Shown: positions 1-13,830, counted from the stretch's first letter. The stretch is DNA of 64,000 nt from Callorhinchus milii (GCF_018977255.1 NW_024704742.1:134728001-134792000); one strand, 5' to 3'. Program-made: numbers and translations. The notes: generated by a model from the letters alone, not told the origin.

Positions 1-270
1 AGAGACCCGGGTTCGATTCCCGGCAGGGTGAAATCTTGGGCAAGTTTCCTTACTCCACACGTCTGATAATAATCCCTCAAGGGAAAAAAAATAAATAAAT
101 TGGTCACTTCAATCCACGACTGTTTGTGGGACATTGCTGTGCGCAATTGGCTGCCGCATTTCGCTCACAAATATACATTCAATTCACTTTACAGTCTATT
201 CTGTGAAGCGCTTTGAGACGTCTAGAAGACATGAACAGTGCTATATCAAATGGAAGGATTATTATTATCA
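1..270 (+). mobile_element. tRNA-derived SINE, short subfamily, clipped by window start
   Basis: B box GGTTCGATTCC, shared body, L2-like tail agcgctttgagacgtc...tatcaaatg, then (TTA)n. Confidence 0.9.
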
Positions 271-832
271 TTAATTTTCTGTTCAGTCCTCTGTCTCTGG
301 CAACCCACCTGCGTGAAGTGCCTTCACAATGCTGAAGGACCTACAGGTGTTGCTGACAGATATAGGATAAAGTAGTACAAGAGTAGAGCATTGTTGCTGG
401 CCAGATTAAATATCCCCTACCCTAAGACACGGTGTATTCAAAGCACTAATTACTATATAGTTTGTTACATGTTTAGCCAGCAATAAGCCAGAATATAACT
501 GCCCAAAGATTTTTGAGGGGGCAGAGGAAAAGGATTTAGTATCAACTGAAAATTTGTATAGGCTGTGTTTGCCTTCTTCTGACTTCTTTTGCATAAGCAC
601 AATATCCAACACAGTATGTGTGCAACTCCACTGATGCATTGACACCTAAGTGACTTCTCCCCAGACTTTGCTGTCTGTGTGATAGATGATTTATCCCGCA
701 CCCCCTTCACGTCTCTTTATGAGGCTGAAGACTTCTAGCTTATCAAAAAATGTTCACTTAATGCCAGTCTTTAATTTTGTCATACATTATATAAACTTTG
801 CAAAATGTTTAGTCAGTTTTTTTTTTGTCCAG

Positions 833-952
833 GAAACCCAAGACTGGAATCCTCATGTTGAACATGGGTGGACCTGAAACGTTAGATGACGTGCACGATT
901 TTTTACTCCGGCTTTTCTTGGACAAAGATCTTATTCCTCTTCCTGCTCAAAG
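833..952 (+). CDS. FECH: Ferrochelatase coding exon (human exon 3 equivalent)
   Basis: ttttgtccAG acceptor and AG|gtaaaa donor; 120 bp; translates (R)[39 protein letters not shown], containing the ferrochelatase LNMGGP motif. Confidence 0.98.
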
Positions 953-1511
953 GTAAAAAAAGAGATTGCACTTGGCTCGCACGCGAGAGGATCTGGGTTG
1001 ATTTTCGGGTGGGGTGAAATCTTAGACAAGTTTCCTTCCTCCACACGCCTCTGTTCACCTAGCAGTAAGTAGGAACCTGGTCGTTAGGTGATTGGCGCAT
1101 CACTTTCCAGGGATAATAATTTTTGATCACTCAAGGGTGTCAGGACTTGAGTTCATGATCCAGACGGATACTTCCAATACAGTGTTGGGGGAGCACTACA
1201 TTGATGGAGATTCCGTCAATTGGAAGAGATGTCAAACTGAAGTCATGTTCAGATGGGCGTTAAAGATCCAGTAACATTTTGAAAGAGAAGTTAATTTTCC
1301 ACAAGTGTCCTGGCCAATAATCCTCCTTGTAACTTAGTCATTCATTCCATAGCTGTTAGTAAAACCCTGCATGTGCAAGTTGGTTGCTGGGTGTGCCGAC
1401 AAATTGTCACTCCCCTTGACAGGTTCCTGTGGAGTGCGCTGAGATGTATTTCAACTTTATAAGTTTGCATCGAGTGCAAGCAAGGATTGTTATTGTGTAT
1501 TATTGTTTCAG

Positions 1512-1660
1512 CAAACTCGCTCCTTTTATTGCAAGACGTCGTACTCCTAAGATTCAGGAACAGTACCACAGGATAGGTGGCGGATCCCCAATTAAAATGT
1601 GGACAGCCGTGCAAGGAGATGGCATGGTGAAACTGCTCGATGAATACTCCCCAGAGACAG
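1512..1660 (+). CDS. FECH: Ferrochelatase exon 4
   Basis: tttcAG / gtattg; 149 bp; [49 protein letters not shown]. Confidence 0.98.
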
Positions 1661-2029
1661 GTATTGTGTCAGTGCCAGATAATGTTGCAATATCACTTGA
1701 TCCAAATCAGGGGCGTGTTAGTAAACTTCCTTATTCATCAGTCCAGACACTCTTCAAGTCATCACTCTAAACCACACCCTCTGGCTCACTCCCAGTGTCC
1801 CTTTGAACTTCCTGCCTGCCCTTCATATTGGTCCTTTAGTTAATTGTCAATTTACTCTTAAAGGCGTATCCAACAAATGCTCTACTGACTGCCGAAAGAT
1901 AGTACAGGAATCACTCAACAGTGTAAACTATTGACTTAAGAGATCTGGTGATGGGTTCCCACATGCACTAGTAGGCAAAGCTGCAGATCAGTTTTTTATA
2001 TTAATTTATAGACTTTGTATGGCTCGTTC

Positions 2030-2510
2030 AGTCCTGTAGCGTACCCACCTCTTAAGCGAGAGGACACGGGTTCGAAACCTTAGGCAAGTTTTCCTACTCA
2101 AATCCCTTCATGCCTTGGCACCTCCCTATCTCTCCGACCTCCTTACTCCCCACCCCACCCACCTGTTGCCGCCACTCGACTGGCTTTGCCCTCTTGCATG
2201 TCGCTCGTGCCCTCTGCTCCACCACTGGTGGACGGACTTTCAGCCACTGTGCCCCAGGCATGAGGGGTGCTATATAAATGCAAGTTTTTTTTTCTATTTA
2301 TCTAGCAGTAAGTAGGAACCTGATTGATAGTCAAAATAAAAATAAAATAATAATAATGTAGTCACGCAATCCACGACTGTTTATTGGATACTGCTTTGTC
2401 CCATTGGCTGCCACGTCGCCCACAAAATACACAGTAAGTCCACTTCACAATATATTCTGTAAAACGCTTTGAGATGACTCTGCAATGTGATGCATGGATT
2501 ATTATTATAA
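2030..2510 (+). mobile_element. tRNA-SINE interrupted by an L2 3' fragment (~2105-2285)
   Basis: SINE head gtcctgtagc..ggttcgaacc, L2-like C-rich piece, then the SINE body resumes at tctagcagtaagtaggaacc. Confidence 0.75.
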
Positions 2511-4714
2511 ATGCAAGTTATAATGAAGTACCACACACACACCCTCCCCCAAGTTGGTACTCGAGTAGTAGACAGTAACTATTTAAGAATAATGGAATGC
2601 GTCACTGAGACATTAAGCACCTTGATAAGGACCACTCTGCAGAGAAATGCACCGTAAACTACAATGTGTCTCTTCCCTTCCAATCAGTGAAAATCAGTGT
2701 CAAGTAGATTCTTGGTTTGAGCTTAATATGCTTTTAAGGGGAGTTAGTAAGGATTTCAAAACAGAACAAAAAATTTTTTTGCAGGGCAATATTGGCAATG
2801 TGTAGTGAATAAACCCACATTTGGAGTTTTTTGGGGGTTTAAAATTTTCTCTTTCTCCTGTTCCTCCCCCAGATATTTCTCAGACCTTAACTCTGCCAAT
2901 ATTTTCCTAATTAGATGGAATCCGCTTTATCTAAAAATGAAGGTTAATGATGGGACTGCAAGTACACAAACCCTACATGGGGCATTATGCATGTGCTAGC
3001 CGAAGACATACAAAGAATATGCGCAAAGGCAAATGAGAAGGAAACTCTTGGAACTGCTTCAGAATTACTTTTTGAAATGATTTAAGAGTAGGTGGAATGT
3101 ACACCTAGATCTCGTTTAGTATTGAGCCCAAGTTAGTGGCACTCTTAGAGACTAGAGAGATCACAATTAAATTAAATCAATATTGTGACATTAGTTTATG
3201 TAGAGTTAATAATTAAAGAACATTCTGAAAATACAAGAGGTAAAATAAGAAATACTGAAACGATAATTGGGCCGAAGAGAAAATGTTAGCATGGTTTAAT
3301 ATCTGAATAAGTTAACAAGTGCTTCTAATTGGCCTAGCTCTAATTTTAAGATTATGAGCTCTAATTTTAAGATTGTATTAAAGGGTACTGCATAACTATG
3401 AAGAATGCTAAGTAAATGCAAATTGTTATGTTGATTACTGGAGATCCGGATTTTAGTTATTTCTGGCTGTTTCTGGTTTCTGTTGTTGATGTAAACTGGC
3501 TTTTCTGGGAACACTGCCAGATAAAAGGAGCTGATGAAGAATCTGTTGTTTGGTTCCTTTCTACCAAATTATCCATTGTGTGTTGAGTTGAAGATAGCAG
3601 CAATTGCCTTGTTTGTAATCAATGGAAGTCTGTCATTGTAACCTACAGCTATGTTCTGTAGTTTGGGTCTTTTTTTTCACAAAAAGGCTGGTGCTCTATT
3701 AATACTTTGTTTCTAGTAGATTTTTTTAATTAGTATGTTCTCCAGCGTGTTGCAAGGTCATGTTCTGACATTGCCTGTTGATGTTCTTTAGATTGAGTTT
3801 TGCAGGATAACCATTGTTTTCAATGTTTGTAGTAAAGCAACAGCATGAACAGATCGCAAGAACACCAAATTGGTTCAGATGAAGAAAGCCCTTCACTCTA
3901 AGCCGATCCCGACTCCTCCGTCCAAAGCATCCATTCTACCACTTCCCCATCAAGCTGGTTTTTCCGCAAAATACAATCAATTCACTTTACAGTATATTCT
4001 GTGAAGTGTTGAACTGTCTCAAAGATGTGATAAGGTGCCATATCAAATGCAAGGATTATTATTATTATTATAATTAATTTTAATGAGTCCAGAGTACTTG
4101 TCCAGGCCTCAATCACCCTTACTGGCAATTTGTCCCAATCGTTGGGTGAACAAAAACTTCCTGGTGTCTATCCTGAAATTGCCCTTTGTAACTCTAAACC
4201 TGTGTTCTCTTGTTCTGCTGTCTTTGTACATCCTAAAGTGCTGTTCCGGTTTACTATTTCAATCCCATTTAGCATTTTAGATACTTCTATCAGGTCCTCT
4301 CTGATACATCGTCTTAAGACCGAAAAACCCTAGCTTGTCTGATTGTTGTTAACATTTGGTTATCTCCAGACTGCGAAGAGTAAAGGGGCCAAGATGGAGC
4401 TTTGTTTGTGGAGGATGGGAAGAGGAAGTTTTAAACTCACAAGTCTGGGTGGCGCATAGATCTCAGTGACATTGCATAGTTCTGACTCGGATAGATAACC
4501 TGAAATGTAACTACTTTGTTTAAAATTCTGAGAATGGGCGAAAGGAGACACACCCTGCTTTTTCTTGTTTAAAGTTGCGACTGTAGTTGGGGGATAACCT
4601 AATACAACCGTCCAGACCAATTTGTTGTTGAATTGTTAAATAAGAGCTTATGTAAGCTTGGTTTAAACACTCTTCTCTTTCGGTTCAAAGTTGAGGGTGA
4701 ATCTTACTAACAAT

Positions 4715-4985
4715 AATATAATACTTACATTTGATATAACCTCATCACGTCGTTAAGACATCTGAAAGCTCTTCACAGAATATATTGTAGAGTGAATTGT
4801 CTGTGCATCTTGTGGGCAAAATGCGGCAGCCAATTGTGCACAGCAGTGTCTTACAAACAGTCAGTTGTGGATCGATTGACCATTTTTAAAAAATATATAT
4901 TTTTTGATGGATTATTAGGTATGTTTCCTTACAGAAAGCAATCGACTAACAACCGAGTTCCTATTTACTGCTAGGTAAACAGAGG
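4715..4985 (-). mobile_element. tRNA-SINE, body and tail
   Basis: Reverse complement of the shared SINE body. Confidence 0.85.
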
Positions 4986-5129
4986 CTGAGTTTTACACCA
5001 GAGCTGAAGCGCATACTGACACAACAGTACAGTGTTTGAGAAAGTGCTTCATTGGTAGGAGGTGTTGTCTTTAGGGTGGGATGTTAAACCGAGGCCTATC
5101 TGTGTCGCCAGCTGGGTCAGGTAAGCGTT

Positions 5130-5400
5130 AAACAACAACAGCAAAATTACATCTATGGAGTGCCTTTCACGTCAGGACCCGAGCATGGGGGAGGGGTGTG
5201 GGGTAAGGGTGAGGGAAGGCAGAGAGGTGGGAGGGCGACTGAAGGCACGATCGAAGAAGGGGGTCTTGAGATCGGCCTTCAAGGAAGCAAGGGAGGAAGT
5301 GAGGTGAAGGGACTGTGGGATGGAGTTCCAGAGTGGGGGCAGAGAGGCTGAAAGCCCGGCCACCGATGGTACGGTGGGTTGGGTGGGTGACATGGAACAG
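5130..5400 (-). mobile_element. L2 3' UTR fragment inserted in a Deu-type SINE
   Basis: Matches the 3' end of the 10830-11540 LINE. Similar fragments at ~7500-7763, 9850-10268, 16180-16510, 21920-22320, 34680-34960, 38990-39313 and 49880-50088. Confidence 0.85.
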
Positions 5401-6908
5401 GCCTGAACGGGCTACAGCCTGCTCCATCCAGAGCTCCAAAGATCCAGAGCTGTTATTTCAAAGAAGAGCTGCCAGTTCTTCTAGTGACTTAGTCAATTCC
5501 TACTGCCTTCCCTCTGTCCTTTGGATGAGACGTTAAAGTACCGTTGGGTCCTATTCAAGATCCCGTTGCATTATATGAAAAGAGAAGGGGCTTTTTCCCA
5601 GTGTCCTGGCCAACAATCCTCCAGGTGATAAAAAAGCTCACTTACTTCATAGCTGTTTGTGGGGCATTGCAAATTAGCAAACTCTTTTGCCTACTAAATA
5701 GTCACTCTAAACAGTAAATTTTGGTAAGTGCTTTGAGATCTCCTCCTGACATGAAAGAAGCAAAAATTATAATTATTAAAATTCACCAAAAGTATGGTTT
5801 ACTCACTAATATATGATGGTCTGTGGGGTGATACGCAGAGAATAGCGGCCCCCATTTGCATATATAATGACCACTATGTGAAGCATTTTGCGGTATTTCA
5901 GCTGAATGAGAAATATATAGAACGCTATTCATAAGCTGTTTTCAAAAGCTTTGAGGGGAGTAAGGACATGAGTCACAAATGTAAGTGAGAGCAAATGCGA
6001 GAGAAGTAAGGGCACTATTTTTACCGCTAGTGTAGTGATCAGTGCGTTTGCCTCGCAAGCGAGAGGATCCAGGTTTGATTCTCGGGCGAGTGAAACCTTA
6101 GGTATGTTTCCTTACTCCACATGCCTCGGTTTACCTCGCAGTAAGTAGGAACCCAGTATTACTCGATTGGTGAATCGGGGTAATAATCCTAAAGAAAAAA
6201 AATGTGGTCACTCAATCCACGACTTTTGTGGGGGTGGGGTGGGGGGAGGAGTTAAGCAAGGTTTCCTTGGCACTTAACCTCCTCCAAGGTGATGTTCTTG
6301 GCAAAGAATGTTGTCGTCAAGTGACTCCTCTGTGGCAGTCTGAGTCTGGTGGATCCACAATACTCCAGGACACTGCTGACTGCAGCCTGGTTCATCGGCA
6401 GAACTTAGAGGAGTGCTTAGCTCCTAATGGGTAGGGTGGTCCTAGCTCGGCAAGCAAATTATGCGGTCTTAGCTAGTTAAGATCCAGCAGTAACAGACAT
6501 TTTAGGGGCTCCAAGCCTTGGTTCTCACCAACCTGCGCCTTATGCTTTCGGTGAGCAGTTGTACCCCCTCCAGAGATGGAGAAAGAGAGAGTGGGTATTC
6601 CATTGCAGTCACGTAAATTTCCGTGTGTAGGTTGCAGAGATGGCAGTCTGTCGGGTTTGGGTGCTCTTAAGCATGGTGATGGGTTTCCGCATGTGTCAGA
6701 CAGGCACCCAGCTGACCAAAAATACCTGTGGGATAAGTTAGCTGTGATTTTCGTAATACTATTGAAGTGCGCAGTATAAATGATTCCTGGGATAGTTAGA
6801 GACTTTTCTGGATAACAATGTGGGACATGATGAGAAATTGGCAAGAAGTGAGGATCCAAATCCTCTTTGACCTCATCTCGTTCCTAAATGCAGGATTCTA
6901 GAGTTTTA

Positions 6909-6922
6909 CCGCCATCTAGTGG
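6909..6922 (-). promoter_or_regulatory. Candidate CTCF site
   Basis: The - strand reads CCACTAGATGGCGG, matching the CTCF core CCASYAGRKGGCR. Confidence 0.5.
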
Positions 6923-7157
6923 TTGTCATTAGAAAGTTTACAGAGCACTCTATATTTTTTCTATATAAAAATGATTTAAAAAATCATTGTATTTGTCATA
7001 GCGTTTTACACGTCTTCATGTGGTCTCAAAGCGCTTCACAGAATATACTGAAGTGAATTGACTGTCATTTTTTGTGGGCGAAATGTGGCAGCCAATTGCG
7101 CACAGCAGTGTCCCACAAACAGTCGTGGATTGAGTGACCAAATTATTTATTTATGTC

Positions 7158-7405
<248 letters not shown>

Positions 7406-8049
7406 GTGTAAGTCTTATTCGCACAGACAGCTGAGAACCATAACATTTTGGGAAAAAATACTCATTTTGAATCCTGTTTTGAGGAGAATAGTGAGGGCCC
7501 ACCATTGCCGGATGAGCTTTCAGCCACTCTGCCCCCACGCTCTGGAATCTCACCCCCAGTTCCTCCACCTCGCTTCCTACCTTGCCTCCTTCAAGATCCA
7601 TTTCAAGACCCTTCTCTTCGACTTTGCCTTCGATCACCCCCCACCATACCCTCCACTCTCCCCGATCTCGATCCCTAGCTCGGGTCTGAAACACAGACTG
7701 TCCAGCGCTTGGGACGTCCTCCTGACATAGAAAGTGCTATACAAATGTAATTTTATTGTTGTTTGATTCCTTTCTACCAAATTATCCATTGTGTGGTGAG
7801 TTGAAGGTAGAAGCAATTGCCTTGTTTGTAATCAATGGAAGTCCATCATTGTAACCTACAACTATGCTCTGTGATGTAGTTTTGGTCCTTTTCATATTTT
7901 TTAAAAAAGCTGGTGCTCTATTAATACTTTGTTTCTAGTAGATTTATTTAATTATACAAATGTGTAAAGAAAACACAATGACTTTGATATCTGCTGCACA
8001 GTAAGTTAGTATAAATACTTGGAACTCATAGTCTAAGCTGACAATCCAT

Positions 8050-8345
8050 TCAGTGATGGAGGGGCTTGTTGGAGCTGCTATCCTTTGGGACATTAAAACC
8101 AAGGTCCCGTCCACCTGTTCAGGTGGATGTTAAAGATCCCGTGGCACTATTCCCCAAAAAAAGTGTTTCTCCTGTTCTCCTGACCAAAATTCCCGCAAAG
8201 AAAATTAGTCATTCACATTATGGCAATTTGTGCAACATTGCTGTGCGTAAACTGACTGCTTCGTACAAAATACATAGTCAGTATAATTTACAGTACATCC
8301 TATAAGACATGCTCCTGACTTGAAAAGTGATACACCGGATGCAAG
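8050..8345 (+). mobile_element. Old Deu-domain SINE (SacSINE1/LF-SINE-like)
   Basis: ttcaggtggatgttaaagatcccgtggcactatt...tcctgaccaa resembles the Deu core as I recall it; other copies at ~1210-1445, 5060-5760, 12855-13040(-), 25230-25500(-), 38440-38620 and 59245-59460. Confidence 0.65.
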
Positions 8346-9063
8346 TTTTATTAGTAAATTACAAATTCTTGATGTTAATACAGTGCCTTTTAATAATAAT
8401 AATAATCCTTGCATTTGATATAGTGCCTTAACAACTGGATTCCTATTACTGCTGGGTAAGCAGAGGTGTGGAATAAGGAAACTTGCCTTAAGTTTCGCCT
8501 CATACGGGAATCCTCTGGCTTGCAAGGCGAGCGCACCAACTATTACACTAAGGGACTCCACAATGACTATGGCTTTATCTAGGAAAGTCTCAAAGTACTT
8601 TATAAAAGTAGTCAATGTGATGTAGCACATACGGATGTTGAAAAAGGTGAGTTCCTCTCAAACAGGGAAAGAAAATGCTGTCTCATCTAACTCTGGAAGT
8701 GGCTTCAATTGTTTTAAACAGTGGTAATTAGTGCATTTTAGTATTTAAAAAAANCATTTATGGGAAATGTTTGTAGTGCATGCAGGCGATAAGGAAACTA
8801 GTTGTGAAATATTTTGACGTTCTCTCCTTTAAGTTGTTGACCATTTTCCGCCCACAACATACACATTCAATTCACTTCACAGTATATCCTGTAAAGCGCT
8901 TTTAGACGTCTTGACAATGTGATGAGGCTCTATATCAAATGCAAGTATTGTTATTAGTATTATTGTTATTGACTGCTAGGTTAAAGGTGTCAACCTGCTA
9001 CTACTTTCTGGCTTGGAGTTGCTGGTTACTGAGCACTCTGTCTATGACAGAAATCAATACTGA

Positions 9064-9279
<216 letters not shown>

Positions 9280-10658
9280 TGAATAATCTTGTAAAGTGGA
9301 TTAATCTGCCAAATACAACCCAAATTTAAGTTTTTATAGCGTCTTTCATATCGGAAGAACATTCCAAGTTGCTTGACAGCCCTGGCTTGGCATACTCGAG
9401 CTTGGGAAGGGACAGGTGGCTGAAGGTACGGTCAAAGAGAGAGGTCATGAGATGGACCTTAAAAGGGGTCAAATGAAAAGCAACCAGTGAAATGTAGAAA
9501 TGCTTCTGTTTTTTGTGAGTGCTGAGTTTTAAATTTGCTAAAGAGGCCAATCACTGATGAGCATTTTCTCTATTGGGGCATAGAGAACCACAGAAATTTG
9601 TGACACAGAAAAAAATCAGATATTGGTAAAAAAAAATTGTATGATTACAAAATGTACCACTTGTTAATGCTGTAACTATTGGATGCAGAAGTAGCAGCAT
9701 TATATACATGCAGATAAATGGTTATTTGGATTTGATTCCGATATCTGAAGCCCAGAATCAATACAGCTTCAGTCATCAACTTGAGGATGGAGGCTTTGGC
9801 CTTCCCAATTACAAAGGATGTGCTGTACCAAGCTTCATGACCCTATCACCCCCACCCTCACATGGTTCCACTAGCTCCCCATCTCCCACATGATAGTTCA
9901 AAGTCCTTGTCTTTATCTTCAAAGCCCTCGCCTTCAAAATCCTCCACAGCCTTGCTCCTCTCTACATCTGTGACCTGCTAACTCTATTTAGACCTATCCA
10001 CTCCCTCAGTGGGCCCCGGACTGCTCCATGACCCCTGCATAGTCTGCATCCCGGAGTCCCTTCATCTTGCTCCCTCCCCAGCCTTCTTCAAGCCCCTCTC
10101 AAGACCCTCTTCTTCGATCTCGCTTTCGGTCACTCTCCTACCCCTATCCTCCCTGCCCTCCAACTCTCCTGATCCCAACCTCCAGCTTGGGTCCAAATCC
10201 ATGACTGTCCAGCGCTTTGGGACAACCTTTCAACATGAAAGGTACTTTACAAATGCAAGTTGTTGTTGATCCAGGGCCACAGTCTTGTGTGTGGATGGAT
10301 CTTCCCAGAGCAGGAGTAATTGGGTTAAAATAATTTTGGTTTCAGTATTGAATCTTCCATTTGGACCATAGATCCTTACCTGAAGTCAGCATTTCCCTCC
10401 CCCCCCCCCCCTTTATTTCTTACTGTGGTAATATTTCTGTTGCCACTTGAGTGTAGTATCCATTTTGAGAAATCAGCTGAGATGTGGACTGCACACAGAT
10501 CTTCAATCTGGTAGCGAAAATATTTAATTACTTTTTTTTCCAGCGGAAACCTGAAGAGTGGTGTATCAGTGATGGAACCTCAAAAGAGATTACCCGCAGA
10601 TTGAAAAGCTGTCCGAGGTAGCACAACCTTCTTTATGATTATTGGCTTTCCTTTGCAG

Positions 10659-10765
10659 GAAGCAGCTTGAATGCAATTTACCGATATTATAGTGGCAGGA
10701 GGACAGCCCCGAAGATGAAATGGAGTACTATTGACAGGTGGCCAACGCATCCATTATTAATTCAG
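10659..10765 (+). CDS. FECH: Ferrochelatase exon 6
   Basis: ctttgcAG / gtactg; 107 bp; GSSLNAIYRYYSGRRTAPKMKWSTIDRWPTHPLLIQ. Confidence 0.97.
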
Positions 10766-10829
10766 GTACTGTTGTTTTGTGGTTGCAGTAGCTTGCTTTC
10801 TCCTCGCTTTTCAGGTTTCCCCTGTGACA

Positions 10830-11540
10830 AGGGCTCTTTCCTCATTCCCCTCCCTCTTCACCCTCTACATGCTCCCCCTTGGTGACATCTTCCGCAGACA
10901 TGGGGTAAATTTCCACATGTATGCAGATGACACCCAACTCTATCTCTCTGCTTCCAGCCTCAACTCCAGGACTACTGGGGTCCTGACTGACTGCCTGTCC
11001 GACATTAAGTCCTGGATGAGGGATAACTTTCTCCAACTGAACGTCAGCAAGACTGAAGCCCTCCTGATTGGCTCACGTCAGCGCCTCCGCACCTCGGGCG
11101 CTGGCAGCATCAGCATCCACGGCTACACACTCAACCTCACTAAGCCAGTCAGGAACCTGGGTGTCTTGTTTGACCCTGAACTGTCCTTTCTCCCCCACAT
11201 ACGCACGATAACCGGCACTGCCTACCACCACCTCTGCAACAGACTCCACCACTGCCTCACCCCTCAGGCTGCTGAAACCCTCACCCACACATTCGTCACA
11301 TCAAGGCTCGATTATGGAAACTCCCTCCTCTCCGGCCTTCCCAATTCTTCCCTTCACAAGCTGCAGATCATCCAAAACTCTTCGATCGTGCCTTCAATCA
11401 CCCTCCCACCTCTCTGCCTTCCCTCACCCCTACCCCACCTCTCCCTCATGCTCGGGTCCTGACCCCTGACTGTCCAGCGCTTTGGGACGTCCTCCTGATG
11501 TGAAAGGCGCTTTATAAATGTAATTTTGTTGTTGTTGTTA
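10830..11540 (+). mobile_element. 5'-truncated L2-clade LINE: RT C-terminus plus 3' UTR
   Basis: ORF 10779-11462 has LFTLYMLPLG..FHMYADDTQLY..LQLNVSKTE..VRNLGVLFDPELSF..SRLDYGNSLL; ends in a (TTG)n tail. Confidence 0.93.
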
Positions 11541-12509
11541 AGTACAATCTCACCATCTAAGAAACTTTGCTGCCTGATCTTTGGGAAGGTTACTGTAGTT
11601 ACCAACTCCTGGGAGCCAGAAAAAATCCGATACTGTCCAGAGTTAATGCAAGAGACATTTTTGGTCTTTTAAAACCAGAGCTCGCTGCTTCCTGTTGCTT
11701 TGACCGACTCGCTGATCCAGATGTTCTTGATGTCTTTGACCAACCCCTTAGCTGAGACCTTGAGTGTGATTCCTGATGCTCTGGAATCGGGTAAGCAGAG
11801 TGCATCCCTCCGGAGAGAGAGCATTCCATTCCAGCTGGGAGCTTCCATGTGTAGGTGGCACGTGTGGAACTCTGTCTGGTTTGGATACTCTTAAGCATGT
11901 TGATGGGTGTCACACCTGGCTGATACCAAAACGTGTGAACTGAAAACTTGATGATGATGATCCTTGCATTTGGGCTGCCTTTCACTTCGGGACAATGTCT
12001 TAAAGCGCTTCATGGCACTGTAGTGACTGTATTGCATTCCTGAAACCTACAGGATTATTTGGTAGTATGTGAATTAATGCCGTGTACACTAGGGCTGCAT
12101 TCATAAAACTATTCCCAAGTCGCGTAACTTTATTTGACTTTGAAGAGTATTTCTATTAACATTATACAAGAAATATCAAGGATGAGATCGAAACTTGTCC
12201 TCCCAGCTATAACTCAAACATTATAGAATCCAACTTGTTACTAAACATTACTAATATTTATGTGTGTTTCCTATTCTGGTGGATTGTACTAAATTTATCA
12301 CTGAATTCGTTCTAATCTGCTTCAAAACGTATTTTTAAAATTGATTTGACTTAATAGCACCTCGTTCAATTTTTCTGTTTTAAACTGGAATGGTAATCCA
12401 GGTTTACTCTTCCCATGCCATGTTATAACTTTCACCTCTCTTCACTTGTCACCTTTCTATTCAATAGTACTGCTTTTCCTCGTAGCTTATCTAAAAATAA
12501 TAATAATCC

Positions 12510-12686
12510 TGGCAAAAAACAAAATACTGTAGATGATAGAAACCTTAAATAAAACCACCAGCAGGTTAGGCAGCCTCTATGAAGAGAGGAAAATGAGTTA
12601 ACGGTTCAGGTCGATGACCTTTTGTAAGAACTCAGTTCTTATGAAAGGTCATCGACCTGAAACTTTAATCCATTTTCCTTTCTCCA
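12510..12686. mobile_element. Penelope-type inverted terminal repeat (palindrome)
   Basis: ttcaggtcgatgaccttttgtaagaact-c-agttcttatgaaaggtcatcgacctgaa, centred on 12633. Confidence 0.65.
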
Positions 12687-13479
12687 TTTATAATAATTTT
12701 GCATTTGACATAGTGACTTTCACATCTGGAAGATATCCCGAACCGCTTTACAGGACTTGCTATAAAGTGGAGTGACTGTAGGTGGATGCAGCCTCGATGG
12801 GCCGAATGGCCTCCTTCTGTGTCGTAACATTCTATGAATCAATTGTATCTAGGGATTTGTTGGCCAGGGCATGAAGAGAAACTCACTTCTCTTTTCATAT
12901 CGTGCCATAGGATCATTAACATCCATTTGAACAGGTAGACAGGACCTTAGTTTAACATCGCTGCTGAGCACTGCATTGGAGAGTGAGTCTAGACTGAGTA
13001 CAAAGGCCTGTTGTGAGGCTTGAACCCACAACCTTCTGACTGAGGCAAGAGCGCTAGTAACTGAGACAGGCTGATTCTTCATTTGCATCTCCTTTTACAT
13101 TACATTTCTTAACCCTCTAATTTTTCTTTGCTTTGGTGACGGAACTAAATGCAGTGCTCCAATGCATGATCAGTGCTCTGTAGAGCCACAACACAAGCCC
13201 TGGAGACTCTTGCTGTACTGTTGTTCTGCTTATATCCCAGCCCTATTTGTTGTATCAATCACTTCACCACATTGTTCTGACATTGAAAGTGATGAGTCTA
13301 CCATCACTCCCAAGGCTCTTATTTATGGCCTCCTCTGCTAAATCAATCCCATTCATGTACACTTATCATGCACATTTGTTTTTCAAGCAAATTGCTCTCC
13401 CTGCTTTAGTGTCATCAGCAAATTAACAAGCTTACATTTGGTATAGTTAAATAGCTCATTAATATAGATTAGAAACAGA

Positions 13480-13830
13480 CATGTCCTGACATATGAGGAA
13501 TGACTGGATAAGCTAGGGCTCTTCAACCTTGAAAAGAGGGTCTCTGAGGGGCCTTAACAAGGTTTATGCAGTATAGAGGATGGAGAAAGATATGGTGAGA
13601 TAGCAGGTCAGGAGGACATGGGTTCAGATGGGTTGAAGACAATTTTCAGAAGGATACCAGGAAATGCAATGGGGTAATTGACAGCTAGAATAGGAAGGCT
13701 TGTCAGGAAGATTGGTAGACGCCAATTGGTAGACGCCAGTAAACTGTACGTCATTTTATAAAAAAAAGTTGGAAGTTGGATTCTGAAAGAGATGAGGTCA
13801 AATGGGCCGACATACTATCTATCCAAACCA
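13480..13830 (+). mobile_element. Degenerate CR1 LINE 3' end
   Basis: tatgaggaatgactggataagctagggctcttcaaccttgaaaagagg encodes the YEERL..LGLF.LEKR-type CR1 ORF2 tail. Similar pieces at ~4100-4330(-), 33810-34065, 39610-39795 and 52100-52655(-). Confidence 0.7.

Noticed and set aside
1429..1511. Open frame upstream of exon 4, suggesting an equivalent of the human -63 cryptic acceptor
   Set aside because: No AG at the corresponding position, and the upstream sequence runs into a SINE remnant
13711..13738. Short tandem duplications (attggtagacgcca x2; also ~3335-3372 and 34974-35024)
   Set aside because: Ordinary slippage-type events; nothing CRISPR-like, and the DNA is eukaryotic
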